Shown: piece after piece, positions 44,448-55,187 of the stretch
Numbering within the stretch: the first letter of the stretch is position 1
Layout: each line of letters begins with the position of its first letter
From: an uncultured Negativicutes bacterium
GTDB lineage: Bacteria > Bacillota > Negativicutes > JBAXTZ01
DNA length: 64,000 bases
Direction of reading: 5' to 3'
Assembly: GCA_963721525.1 (NCBI GenBank)
Contig: CAVRJL010000015.1
Location: forward strand, 157,890-221,889
Made by a program: the position numbers and the translations under genes
Notes under the pieces: generated by a model
The model's database searches: none
The model's input: the letters and a program-made list of their open reading frames with translations, nothing else
Told to the model about the DNA's origin: nothing

Positions 44448-44843
44448 ATAACCATCTCCTTAACTTAGTTACTTCATTAATATTTCCCAATCTAACCAAA
44501 AAATTTGTCTATATCCTCTTAATTTACTACAGCTATACTATTTTTTGTCAATAAAACTAGGAAAGATAATATTCATTCTAATATTGCATGAAGATAACTA
44601 ATTAGATAAATATTTTACTAATCCTATAACTTCAGCTTTCGCTACTAAACAATTAACTTATGCTATATTATCTATGAAAATCGTGTTAATTTTACAATGC
44701 CTACGTTGTAAAGTCCAAATATTTATAGCATCTAACTTTTTTTGTATGTGATTACTGTCTTAATTATACGTAAGAAGATTAAAATTAAATTTACAGTAGT
44801 TGCTGTTGCTATTTTTTAATCTTTACACGTTCAACTTAATCAA

Positions 44844-45896
44844 TTATTTACTAAATTTATTTATTGCTAACATAATTAAACAATCAATCAATTCACTATA
44901 TTTTATGCCACTTGCTTGCCAAAGTTTAGTGTACATACTTATAGAAGTAAATCCAGGCAAAGTATTAATTTCATTAATAAAAAACTTTTCGTCTTTAGTA
45001 AGAAAAAAATCTATTCTCGCCAGCCCACTACAACATAAAACTTCATATGCTTTAACTGCTAAATTTAAACACTCTGTTATTTTTTTTTTCGGCAAATCTA
45101 CAGGAATTTTAAATTTTGTGTTTTTACTATCAATATATTTAACAGCGTACGAATAAAAGCGCTTATTTAATATTATTTCTCCTGGCAAAGATATTATAGG
45201 ATGCTCATTACCTAGTACAGCGCATTCTATTTCTCTTACTTCATAAAACTTTTCCACTAAAACTTTATTATCATATTTAAAAGCTAAATCAATTGCCGAA
45301 AAAAATTTTTTTTCGGAAAATATCTTGCTTATTCCTATAGAAGAACCCATATTTGCTGGTTTTATAAATAAAGGCAAGCCGAGCTTTTCTTTGACTTTTA
45401 AAAAATCTAATTTCTCATTTTTTTTAAAACTTAAAAATTCTACTATCGGTAAATTTGCATCGCGAAATAAACGTTTAGAAATATCTTTATCCATGGCTAA
45501 AGCTGAACCCAACACATTCGATCCAACAAAAGGTATTCCGAGTAAATTTAATAATCCTTGTATTGTGCCATCTTCACCATTAGGTCCATGTAAAATAGGA
45601 AAAACTACATCATATTTTACTGGGGTTTTATCATCTTTAAAAAAAATTCCATCACCAAGTCTTATACTAAGCGGTCTCCCCTTTATATTTAAATGCACCT
45701 CTCTAGAATCAGTATAATTTATCAAGAAGTTTTCATTTTCTAATAAATACCAATACCCATCTTTATCTATACCAATTATAGATATTTCATATTTATCTTT
45801 ATCTATTGCTTTATTTATATAATAAGCAGATATTAATGATACCTCGTGTTCTGCTGATTTGCCCCCACACAAAATCGCCAATTTTATTTTTTTCAT
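44844..45896 (-). CDS. ddl: D-alanine--D-alanine ligase
   Basis: 350-aa ORF with KLAILCGGKSAEHEVSL, PILHGPNGEDGTIQGLL and an ATP-grasp C-terminus (EINTLPGFT). Confidence 0.92.
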   Translation of the reverse strand: MKKIKLAILCGGKSAEHEVSLISAYYINKAIDKDKYEISIIGIDKDGYWYLLENENFLINYTDSREVHLNIKGRPLSIRLGDGIFFKDDKTPVKYDVVFPILHGPNGEDGTIQGLLNLLGIPFVGSNVLGSALAMDKDISKRLFRDANLPIVEFLSFKKNEKLDFLKVKEKLGLPLFIKPANMGSSIGISKIFSEKKFFSAIDLAFKYDNKVLVEKFYEVREIECAVLGNEHPIISLPGEIILNKRFYSYAVKYIDSKNTKFKIPVDLPKKKITECLNLAVKAYEVLCCSGLARIDFFLTKDEKFFINEINTLPGFTSISMYTKLWQASGIKYSELIDCLIMLAINKFSK

Positions 45897-46276
45897 TTTT
45901 CACCCATTATATTCTACAAGTTTTTAAAAGTCAATTTATACTTTATTACATTACAAAATTACATTACAAAACAACATGTATTTAGCGTTAGTTTTTTTAT
46001 CTTCTAATTTCTACACTAATTTTTTAGCCAAGCTTACTCTATATTTCTTAAAATTTTCTAAACTATATCTATATTATTCTTATTAACATAGCTGCCAAAA
46101 TTACAATCTTGTTGTTACCTATATATTACATCTTTATTAATTAAATATACAACTTTTTTCTTATAAGTTAGTGACTTTTAATTCTATTTATTGCTTTTTT
46201 TAAATTTCAATTATCCAATTATTAATTTATTTTAGAAAGAATTATAACATGATAATAACAAGCGCTGTGTTTATAT

Positions 46277-47461
46277 TTAATAAATAGATTTTGTTTTTTG
46301 TATTTTTAACCTTATTTTCTTCATATAAATCAAAATAATAAGAAAATTTATTAAAAGCACTATGATGGAAAAATTTAGTTTTATATTTATTTTTTCACTA
46401 TAACTATATATACTCATTCCAATTAACATAGCACTATTTTCCATCATATTTTGACACGCTACCGCTCGACCTGTACCGATAGTGGTATAACCGATTTTTT
46501 GCAAACAAGCATTTAATGGAACAACAAAAACCGCTCCAAAAACTCCTATAAACAGTAAAGATATTATAACTAAAATAAATGACTTTATAATTAAAAACGA
46601 TGATAACATTAGTGCTACACCATATCCCCCATAAAATATTCTATGAATACGTTGCATTGAAATAAAATAAGGCACAATAAAAGAACCTAAAATTAAGCCT
46701 ATTCCTGTTAAAGAAAAAAATAAACTTATATACGAAGTATTTGTTAAAGACCATCGTAATTGTAACCACATAATAAATATCATTCTAAATACTGTTGCAA
46801 CCATCCAAAAACTTGAAGTCCCCATTATCGCAAATTTACTTATAGAATTACTAAAAAGAATCTGAAAATCTTTAATGAAAGAAATTATAAAATCGTTTAG
46901 TTTTAGTTCTTTTTTTGGCATATCTTTTGGAATACCAAAACTAAATACTATCGAAATAATGAAAACTATAAAACTTAATACGATGGAAAACTTTAAAGAA
47001 TAGTTAACTAAAAATCCCCCTGTTATTCCGCCGCATAAAATAGCTACTATTGTAGTAGCTTCCATCCAGGAATTATATTTTACAAGATATTCTTCTTCAT
47101 TACATAACCAAGGCAAAAGTCCGTATTTAGGCATGGTATAAATTGCTGCTCCGCATCCTATTATAAAATAAACTACTATTGGATTTGCTATATTAAATAG
47201 CAAAACCATACTAATTAATTTAACTAAATTCCCAACTTTTAAGACATGAGTTTTAGGATATTTATCTGTTATACGTCCTAAAATTGAAGAAAATAATAAA
47301 TAAGGAACTAAAAAAAAAGTTTGAGCTAAAGGAACATAATAATGAGGGTAATTATAACATTTCACAATATTAATAATTATATAAATAATCATATTATCGC
47401 CTACTGCAGCAAAAAACTGTGATATTATTAAGAAATTTATTGGTTTATTTAAACAAATCAT
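46277..47461 (-). CDS. lplT: MFS transporter, lysophospholipid transporter LplT-like
   Basis: 394-aa 12-TM-like ORF immediately downstream of aas, which is the classical aas-lplT pairing. Confidence 0.65.
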   Translation of the reverse strand: MICLNKPINFLIISQFFAAVGDNMIIYIIINIVKCYNYPHYYVPLAQTFFLVPYLLFSSILGRITDKYPKTHVLKVGNLVKLISMVLLFNIANPIVVYFIIGCGAAIYTMPKYGLLPWLCNEEEYLVKYNSWMEATTIVAILCGGITGGFLVNYSLKFSIVLSFIVFIISIVFSFGIPKDMPKKELKLNDFIISFIKDFQILFSNSISKFAIMGTSSFWMVATVFRMIFIMWLQLRWSLTNTSYISLFFSLTGIGLILGSFIVPYFISMQRIHRIFYGGYGVALMLSSFLIIKSFILVIISLLFIGVFGAVFVVPLNACLQKIGYTTIGTGRAVACQNMMENSAMLIGMSIYSYSEKINIKLNFSIIVLLINFLIILIYMKKIRLKIQKTKSIY

Positions 47462-47507
47462 TTTAAAAAACTTCTACCCCAAAATAAAATTTTAATACTT
47501 CGTAGAT

Positions 47508-49667
47508 TTATTCCTCCTTTTTCTTCCTTTCATATAAGCCTTTAAGAGCTATATAATCGGTTTTTCCATTACCTAGTAAAGGTAAGTTATCAACTAATAT
47601 TACTTCTTCAGGATAAGCAAGCATGGTTTGACCTGTAGCATACCAACATTTTCTTAAACTTTTCAAATCGATATGCAATAAAGCAATAAATACTATTATT
47701 TTTTCGCCTCGTTTTTCATCATAAACATTTATAGCCGCACATTTAACTTTATTAAGACAAATAGAGATATTTTTTTCTACCATATCTAAACTAATCATCT
47801 CGCCGCTTATTTTCGCAAACCTTTTTAATCGTGATACAATTTTTATATAATCTTCCTCGTCAATAGAAATCACATCCCCTGTGTCATGATAATTATTCTC
47901 TAAGGGAATAAAACCCTTACCGTGCACAATATAGCCTTTCATTACATTAGGCCCTTTAACTTTCAATAAACCTACTTTTGTATTTTCTTTATAATTTAAT
48001 CCTTCTATAGGTTCTATAATATATTCGATTCCAGGTAATATTTTCCCTACACAACCTTTTTTGTGAAAGAGTTTGCTACTTATAGAAAGAAAAGGAGAAG
48101 CTTCCGTAACCCCATATCCTTCCATAACCATTATAGAAAACTTTTCCAACCATTGATTTCTTGTAAAGTCTGTTAATTTTTCTCCCCCAGAGACAACATA
48201 TCTTATACTATTAAAATCATAGTGATGTGCATAATTAGCATATCCATTTAGAAAAGTTGGAGTGCTCAAAAGGATTGTAATATTAAAATCATAACAAATT
48301 TCAGGTATTTCTTTATAATGCAATGGCGAAGGATATAATAGTAGAGGTATTCCTTCGATTAAAGGTAAAATAGCTCCTGCCATTAGTCCAAAAGCATGAA
48401 ATAAAGGTAAAGCATTAAACATAAAATCTGCTGGAGTTATATCAAAAACGCTTATCCCTTGGCATATATTAGCCAAAATTGACTTATGAGTAAGAACAAC
48501 TCCCTTCGGAATACTTTCAGTTCCACTTGTAAATAAAATAATTTCCTGGTCGGTATTATTTTTAGCTTTAAATAAAAGAACAGTTTTAATCCAACCTATA
48601 AATTTATCTAATATATTTATTCTTTTACTAATATCCTCTAGGTAAATTAAATGGCATTTTTCTTGTAATTTTTCTTCCAAAGATTCCAGGTTTGCTTTTT
48701 TTATAAAAGTTCTTGAAGTTATTATGGTTTTAACTTGTGTAGTTGCTATGCATAATAAATTATTAGTTAATCCTAAGGTATAATTAATCATTACAATGTT
48801 TTTATTTATAGAGAATAAACCAAATAAAGTAGGAATAATAGAAAGAATATTGGGTAACATAATTCCTATATATCTTTCATTTTGTAAAATATTTTTAAAT
48901 ACTTTGCCTAAAATATTAGTAGCAATTACAACCCCCTTATAGCTTAATTTTATTTCATTATTATCATAAATAATATGCTTATCCCAACCATGTTTATCTG
49001 CAGAATCCAATAATTTATTAAATAAGTTATTAATATTTCTATTTTGATACATACATGCTTTAGCCTTTAACTCCTGTAATATACTAATTATTTTATCAGC
49101 ATAAATACGTTTATAAGAATTTATAATAACATTTTCCTTAAAAGATAAATTAAAAGCTTTACCGATACATAAAGTTATTTCATGAAACCAAAAAGTCTTA
49201 TATTTATTTTTGATAAAAGTAAATCTACTATGTTCTAACCCAAACGTTCCTATAGGTAAGATTTTCGCATTGCTTTTTGCTGCTATCCATACTATACCAC
49301 TATAGCCCTTCATGGTTATCCCTGTAGTTGTTAAGCGACCTTCTGGGAAAATAAATACATGTTTTTTTTCATTTAACTTTTTTATTATATTTTTCATAGA
49401 ATAAGCATTTTTTTGATTAATAGATACAAATTCACACGCATATTTAAAAATCCAATTAAGTTTTTTTACATATTGCGAATGAATTACATAAAAAGTATCT
49501 TTAGGCATTATAGTATAAAATAATATTGCATCAATAAAAGAGACATGATTAGCTATAAATATAGTAGGTTTTTCTATTTTCTTAAGTTCATTTTTGTTGA
49601 CAATCCTAACAGTATAAAAAATTTTTATTACTAATTTACATAATAAACGCAATAATGATCTAATCAA
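47508..49667 (-). CDS. aas: Bifunctional 2-acylglycerophosphoethanolamine acyltransferase / acyl-ACP synthetase
   Basis: 719-aa ORF. It has an N-terminal PlsC-type HX4D motif (ANHVSFIDA) with FPEGRLT, and a C-terminal AMP-binding domain (FTSGTESIPKGV). Confidence 0.85.
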   Translation of the reverse strand: MIRSLLRLLCKLVIKIFYTVRIVNKNELKKIEKPTIFIANHVSFIDAILFYTIMPKDTFYVIHSQYVKKLNWIFKYACEFVSINQKNAYSMKNIIKKLNEKKHVFIFPEGRLTTTGITMKGYSGIVWIAAKSNAKILPIGTFGLEHSRFTFIKNKYKTFWFHEITLCIGKAFNLSFKENVIINSYKRIYADKIISILQELKAKACMYQNRNINNLFNKLLDSADKHGWDKHIIYDNNEIKLSYKGVVIATNILGKVFKNILQNERYIGIMLPNILSIIPTLFGLFSINKNIVMINYTLGLTNNLLCIATTQVKTIITSRTFIKKANLESLEEKLQEKCHLIYLEDISKRINILDKFIGWIKTVLLFKAKNNTDQEIILFTSGTESIPKGVVLTHKSILANICQGISVFDITPADFMFNALPLFHAFGLMAGAILPLIEGIPLLLYPSPLHYKEIPEICYDFNITILLSTPTFLNGYANYAHHYDFNSIRYVVSGGEKLTDFTRNQWLEKFSIMVMEGYGVTEASPFLSISSKLFHKKGCVGKILPGIEYIIEPIEGLNYKENTKVGLLKVKGPNVMKGYIVHGKGFIPLENNYHDTGDVISIDEEDYIKIVSRLKRFAKISGEMISLDMVEKNISICLNKVKCAAINVYDEKRGEKIIVFIALLHIDLKSLRKCWYATGQTMLAYPEEVILVDNLPLLGNGKTDYIALKGLYERKKKEE

Positions 49668-50185
49668 AGTATACCTCCGTATTTGAAAATAATTACTAAG
49701 CTTTTTATTTTCAAATTATTGTAAGGTTCTAAAAAAAGTAAAGATATAAATTTACGTAAAATTAAAATAAACGGTATTTATTATTCGTCAAAAATTGAAT
49801 AAAAATATTTTACAAAACTTACAAACATTTTAAATTCAAAACTTACAAACTGAAACTGTAGTATTCTTTTGTTTGTATAATTGCATATATCCAATCATTT
49901 AGATACTTATAAGACAAAATTTTAACCCATTGTTCAGCTAATCCAAAAACTTTGGCTAATTTAAGTTGATCTGCTGAAGCATGGATATTCTCTATACTGA
50001 GCTTTGCAGGTAATAATAAAACTATTTCTCCTTGAAAATATAATTATAAAACAAAGAAATTCAGATACTTAGAAAATAAGAACTCCACTTTAGCTGTTGT
50101 GCAATTTTTACTAATTTCATCCTAAATAAATATTTATAATTTACTTTATCTAGAAATTGTATTTCTATCATATTCATTTTACCCT

Positions 50186-51187
50186 CTACATGAAAAAAGA
50201 ACTTAACACTTCTATAATTTTGTAAAATAATCCTCCAATAACCATTGAAAAAGGAATAGTCCAAATCCAAGCTAGAAACATTTTTTTTATTGTTGCCCAT
50301 CTTACAGCATTAAATCTTTTAGCCGCTCCAACACCTGCTATAGAGCAGGATACAATATGCGTAGTACTTACAGGTAAATGTAATGAAGTTGCAGTAAAAA
50401 TTATTAATGATGAACTGAAATCAGCGGCAAATCCTGACAAAGAATCAAGCTTAAAAATTTTACTACTCATCGTTTTTATTATCTTAACACCACCCATGCT
50501 GGTCCCTGCTGTCATTGCTAATGATGCCGCAAGTTTTACCCAAAAAGGTACTTCTATATTTGATAACCAACCAATAGAAAATAAAGATAATGTAATAATA
50601 CCCATACCTTTTTGGGCATCATTTGACCCATTAGAAAATGCCATCATTGCTACAGAAACAATTTGCAACTTTTTAAAGCGCCTATTGATATCTCTTGGAG
50701 CCCATCGACCAAACATCCAAAAAAAAGCTATCATAATACAAAAAGCTATTGTTAGCGCTATCAATGGCGAATAAATTAAAAATTGAAGTATTTTTATGAT
50801 GCCTTTTATTTTTAAAACAGAAACTCTGCTAGAAGCTAATATTGCTCCGATTAATCCTCCTATTAAAGCATGAGACGAACTTGAGGGTATTCCTTTCCAC
50901 CACGTAAATAGGTTCCAAAAAATCGCTCCAATTATTGCTGCTAATATTACCTTTAAATTTATTCGATTAGCAAAAACTATATCGTTAACAATAGTTTTTG
51001 CAACTCCTGTCGAATACATTGCACCAAAAAAATTCATCACCGCAGATATTGCTACAGCTTTTCTTGGAGTTAATGCCCGTGTCGAAATAGCAATAGCAAT
51101 AGCGTTAGCTGCATCATGAAATCCATTTATATAATCAAAAACTAACGACCCAACTATAATAACAATAACTAAAGATACACTAAGCAT
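50186..51187 (-). CDS. pit: Inorganic phosphate transporter, PiT family
   Basis: 333-aa multi-pass ORF with duplicated PiT motifs (NGFHDAANAIA and NGSNDAQKGMG). Confidence 0.9.
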   Translation of the reverse strand: MLSVSLVIVIIVGSLVFDYINGFHDAANAIAIAISTRALTPRKAVAISAVMNFFGAMYSTGVAKTIVNDIVFANRINLKVILAAIIGAIFWNLFTWWKGIPSSSSHALIGGLIGAILASSRVSVLKIKGIIKILQFLIYSPLIALTIAFCIMIAFFWMFGRWAPRDINRRFKKLQIVSVAMMAFSNGSNDAQKGMGIITLSLFSIGWLSNIEVPFWVKLAASLAMTAGTSMGGVKIIKTMSSKIFKLDSLSGFAADFSSSLIIFTATSLHLPVSTTHIVSCSIAGVGAAKRFNAVRWATIKKMFLAWIWTIPFSMVIGGLFYKIIEVLSSFFM

Positions 51188-51665
51188 ATTTCATTACTAA
51201 TCCTCGAATTATATGAGCAAAATCATCACAATGATCAAGAGTGTTTTCTAGCAGTTCGTATATTTCTTTCCACTTTATTATTTCTATGGGGTTTTGGCAT
51301 TCAATGAATAAATTAGCTAACTCTCGATTGTAAATTCTATCTCCTTCATCTTCTAGTTCAATAACATTATAACATTGCTCTAAAATTTGTTCTCTATTTG
51401 TTTTCATATCCTGTAGAAACTTAAAAATTAAAAATAATTCGTCAGCACAAGATGCTAATAAAGTACACATTTCTAAAGCACCTGGAATAGTTCTTGATAT
51501 TTTAAATACAACCATCCTATCAACTATTTCTTTAATCATTCCAACAAAATTTTTAAGTTTTTTTATGATTAAAAAAATCTCTTCCCTATCAATCGGAGTA
51601 ATAAAGCTTTGATTTAATTTGTCAATAACTGCCTCATGCAGTTCAATTATTGAATAAGCATAGTT
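51180..51665 (-). CDS. DUF47 / PhoU-like phosphate-transport accessory protein, 5'-truncated at the block A/B junction
   Basis: The track ORF starts at the internal Met at 51539, but the frame continues upstream as NYAYSIIELHEAVIDKLNQSFITPIDREEIFLIIKKL (the DUF47 ITPxDRED motif). It runs into foreign, higher-GC sequence at ~51,660 with no start codon. It overlaps pit by 8 nt, as is typical. Confidence 0.75.
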   Translation of the reverse strand, partial: NYAYSIIELHEAVIDKLNQSFITPIDREEIFLIIKKLKNFVGMIKEIVDRMVVFKISRTIPGALEMCTLLASCADELFLIFKFLQDMKTNREQILEQCYNVIELEDEGDRIYNRELANLFIECQNPIEIIKWKEIYELLENTLDHCDDFAHIIRGLVMKYA

Positions 51666-52772
51666 GGTGTACTGGGTTAGTGGGGAAGACGTGTTCGTAA
51701 AGAGTTGATGGAGCTGGGAGATTTTGTTGACCTCGTTATAGGCCCGGACGAATACCGCAAGCTTCCCGCACTTATAGAAGCAGCGGACGATGGTGAAAAG
51801 GGAGTCGCCGTGAAACTTTCCCGTGTCGAAAAGTACGACGACATTATCCCTTTCCGCACGATGGAATAAGTGCCTGGGTTTCTATTATGCGCGGGTGCGA
51901 TAAATTTTGTACCATACTGTGTCATCCCTGCACACACCAGCCGCGAGCAAAGCCAATCGCTGGCTTCTATTATTGTATCGGAAATAAAAACTTCGCGCCG
52001 TGACTTTAAGGAAGTAACACTGCTTGGTCAGAACGTGAACTCATACAGCGATGGTGCATTCGATTTTGCAGATTTGCTGAATACCATTGCCGAGGTTGAT
52101 AAGAACATACGTGTAAGGTTCATGACTTCCCATCCCACGGATATATCAGCGAAGCTGATTACAGCCATTGCATCGCGGGACAACATTTGTAATTACCTAC
52201 ACTTACCTGTGCAATCAGGTTCAAATAGAATTTTAGAATTGATGAACAGAACATACACAAGAGAGCAGTACCTTGCCCTTGTCCACAAAATCAAAAAAGT
52301 TATTCCCGATATAAGTCTCTCTACTGATATTATTTCAGGCTTTCCGACTGAAACGGAAGATGACCACAAAAAGACATTAGATTTATTGCGAGAAATAGAA
52401 TTTGACGGCGCCTATACATTCAAATATTCTCCGCGAGAGAATACGAAAGCCTGGCATATGGGTGATGACGTCCCCGAAGAAGAAAAGAATCGCCGGTTAA
52501 GCGAAATCATTGATCTTCAGCGTCCTATTTCACTCAGTCGCAACTCAACGATGATTGGTACCATAGTAGAAGTTCTTGTTGAAGGGCTCAGTAAAAAATC
52601 CGTACATGATTTTTGTGGCAGAACCGATACAAATAAAATGGTTATCTTTCCCAAAAACGGCGATGCCATTGGTGATTACATCGGCGTCCATATTGAACGT
52701 GCAAATTCGGCAACATTGTTTGGTTCCAGAGCCGGACACCTGCTTCCTCAATTTGCAATGCTCACCACATAG
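51666..52772 (+). pseudogene. miaB: tRNA-i6A37 methylthiotransferase MiaB fragment (N-terminus missing; in-frame stop and frameshift)
   Basis: Begins mid-gene with GVLG*WGRRVRKEL...DLVIGPDEYRKLP. The radical-SAM motif is split across frames (SAWVSIMRGCDKFCT, then YCVIP). The rest is intact through the TRAM domain (GTIVEVLVEGLSKKS...GRTD). Confidence 0.8.
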
Positions 52773-52785
52773 GAAGATTAATGCC

Positions 52786-53478
52786 ATGAAAACGTTTATC
52801 AAAACGATTATTCGTACGATTTATATTTTCGTTTTATTCACAGGAACGCTTTCCGCTCAAACAAACTCGGGGGAGCCGGATATTCGGCGTCGTCTCGAAA
52901 TGATTGAGAAGGGTCAAGCGGAAGCAGTTCGGGCTGAGCTTCCATCGCTCATGACGAACTATCAGAACAATCCCGGCGTCATGTACTTACAGGCAGTGCT
53001 CACTGCAGATGGCGCAGAAGCGGCAAAATTGTACCAAAATATTGTCGATAATTTTCCAAAATGTGAATGGGGCGATGATGCGCTCTACAAGCTTTATCAA
53101 TATTATTATTCTATTGGCCTGTACAAAACAGCCGATCAAAAACTGACACAATTAAAAGAAGAATATCCATTTTCTGCATATGCGGCGAAAAAAATCCGGC
53201 AGTGGAAGAAAGCAAGGAGCGAAAGAAAAACCGACAATGGTGAACCGAAAAGGAAACGTGCCAAAGTTTGCAACAAACTCACCGTAGAAGTCGGTGAGTT
53301 TTCGACGCTTCAAAACGCCGGCGAGTTGAAAGCAAAATTTGAAAAAGAGGGCTATCAATCAAACATCTTTACCATTGTCAGTAATGGTAAAAAACTTTAC
53401 AAAGTTTGGGTGGGTGAATTCCAGACTTATAAGGACGCGACAAAATTCACTGCGGAAATTAAAAGCAAATCAATTTAG
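52786..53478 (+). CDS. Secreted SPOR-domain protein
   Basis: 230 aa starting from the ATG at 52786, which is preceded by AGGAAG. It has a signal peptide (MKTFIKTIIRTIYIFVLFTGTLSAQ) and a C-terminal SPOR-like repeat (VEVGEFSTLQNAGELKAKFEKEGYQSNIF...YKVWVGEFQTYKDATKF). Confidence 0.6.
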   Translation: MKTFIKTIIRTIYIFVLFTGTLSAQTNSGEPDIRRRLEMIEKGQAEAVRAELPSLMTNYQNNPGVMYLQAVLTADGAEAAKLYQNIVDNFPKCEWGDDALYKLYQYYYSIGLYKTADQKLTQLKEEYPFSAYAAKKIRQWKKARSERKTDNGEPKRKRAKVCNKLTVEVGEFSTLQNAGELKAKFEKEGYQSNIFTIVSNGKKLYKVWVGEFQTYKDATKFTAEIKSKSI

Positions 53479-53503
53479 CATCGATGGTTGTCTCACGTTT
53501 TTA

Positions 53504-54624
53504 ATGGACCGAGAAGAATTCCAGCAAATATACGGCATTGTTGGGAAATCGCCGGAGATACAGGAAATTGTTGATGTCGTTCAGCAAGTAGCACCGACCG
53601 ACATTACTGTGCTTATTTCTGGAGAGAGTGGGACGGGTAAGGAAATTATTGCCAAGGCGATTCACGGTGCAAGCAAGCGATCTCAACACGCTCTCGTTTC
53701 AGTTAACTGCGGAGCGATTCCGGAAGGTCTTATTGAAAGCGAGCTATTCGGACATGAAAAAGGCGCGTTTACCAGCGTTGCGGATATGCGCCATGGATAT
53801 TTTGAGATTGCAGATGGTGGAACCATTCTCCTCGATGAAATCGGCGATATGCCGCTCTCGACACAAGTGAAGTTATTGCGCGTGCTGGAAAGCGGAGAGT
53901 ATATCAGAGTCGGCTCATCGTCGGCACGCAAGACAGATGTGCGTGTCATCGCCGCGACGAACAAACTGCTGGATTATGAAGTTCAACAAAAACATTTTCG
54001 TCCTGATTTATATTTTCGATTACGCTCGGTTAATATTCATTTACCACCGCTCCGGAACAGGAAGGAAGATATTCCTGCGCTTGTTGAGCAATTTGTGAAA
54101 GAGATCTCGGACAAGAACAAGATTCAGTTTGGCGGATTTACCGATGATGCAACCGAACTATTGATGAATTATAGCTGGCCGGGAAACATCCGTGAACTGC
54201 GAAATGCAATCGAAAGTATGCTTATTCTAGAAAATGGCAAGCGCCTTGATGGGCGACGACGTAAGAAAATATCTTCGTGAGCAGCCCTCGGTGCTGACGG
54301 AACGAAATCTGCCTGTTGTTTCAAACAAAACCGTTGAGCAAGCAGAACGTGAGCTCATTTATCGTGCCTTGGTGGATCTTAAATCCAATATTATTGAGAT
54401 GAAAGAGCTGTTGACCGGGCGGATCTCTCATACGAGTGAATTCGATGGTAATAACACACAACCACACAACGGCAATGGTATTCTGACTATGGATGAAATG
54501 GAACGACGGATGATTTCCAGCTCACTGAATCGAAACAAAGGGAATCGTGGTCTCGCCGCAAGAGAATTGAACATTCAGCGAGCGGACGCTGTACCGAAAA
54601 ATAAAAGATTTTGGACTTCAATGA
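53504..54624 (+). pseudogene. Sigma-54-dependent AAA+ transcriptional activator without an N-terminal sensory/receiver domain; 2 frameshifts
   Basis: Walker A is GESGTGKE, Walker B is ILLDEIGDM, and WPGNIRELRN is present. The sigma-54 contact motif reads GAFTSV rather than GAFTGA. The frame shifts near 54,240-54,280 and again near 54,575. The Fis-type HTH (SERTLYRKIKDFGLQ*) is readable only in a third frame. Confidence 0.75.
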
Positions 54625-54668
54625 AAAACAAAAAAATGCAAAACAGAAACTGTAAAACGTTAAGTAGA

Positions 54669-55186
54669 ATGTCGAATCCAGGGAATCTTTTTTTCATTTC
54701 ATTTTATTTTTCATTTTTCGTTGTACCTGTCGGATGTTCCTTATTCCTTCAAAGGTGGATCGGTACCGCCTCATTTAAAAACAATTGCAATTCCTGTTGT
54801 GGAAGATGTCAGCCCATATGGTGATCCGACACTTCGGACGACATTCACAAATCAATTAGTGGCTTTATTTACCGGCGATAATACACTTCAACTGACAGAT
54901 CGTAATCCAGCAATTCCTATGCTCGAAGGTGTGATAACAGATGTGACAGATGTGCCCTTGGTGTGCAGGGCGGTGAACAGGTCGCCCAGCGTCGTATCAC
55001 GGTTACCGTACAGAATCGACGTTCAGGATTTGAAACTTCGCAAGAAAATATGGGAAAAAAGTTTTACGCAGCTGGGGAGATTATCCTTCGGGTGGCGGTT
55101 TTGCACAGCGCGCAGCGAAGGAACTACAGAGGCGGTCAGAAAAAATAACAGAAGATATTCTCAACGAAACAGTCGCAGGATGGTAA
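54669..55186 (+). pseudogene. LptE-like lipoprotein, multiple frameshifts (tentative)
   Basis: It has a lipoprotein-type signal ending VPVGC, then YSFKGGSVPPHLKTIAIPVVEDVS...LEGVITDV..., and ends ITEDILNETVAGW*. The pieces lie in at least 3 frames. The call rests on its position after miaB and the sigma-54 activator, as in Bacteroidota. Confidence 0.4.
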
Positions 55187-55187
55187 T

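Noticed and set aside
49843-50040. 66-codon minus-strand open frame (..LLPAKLSIENIHASADQLKLAKVFGLAEQWVKILSYKY..) with a faint HTH / IS3-OrfA-like look, downstream of an AGGAGA
   Set aside because: It has no ATG/GTG/TTG start and is too short, and the similarity is only impressionistic. At most it is a possible gene remnant in the aas-pit spacer.
50061-50300. 79-aa minus-strand ORF overlapping the 3' end of pit
   Set aside because: It is out of frame with and overlaps the well-supported PiT transporter gene, and it has no motifs.
51677-51937. 86-aa minus-strand ORF at the block A/B junction. The same applies to 52545..52802, 53152..53358, 53501..53689, 53683..53964 and the minus-strand ORFs at 60022-61022.
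   Set aside because: They are antisense to the miaB, SPOR, sigma-54 activator and batD reading frames and have no motifs.
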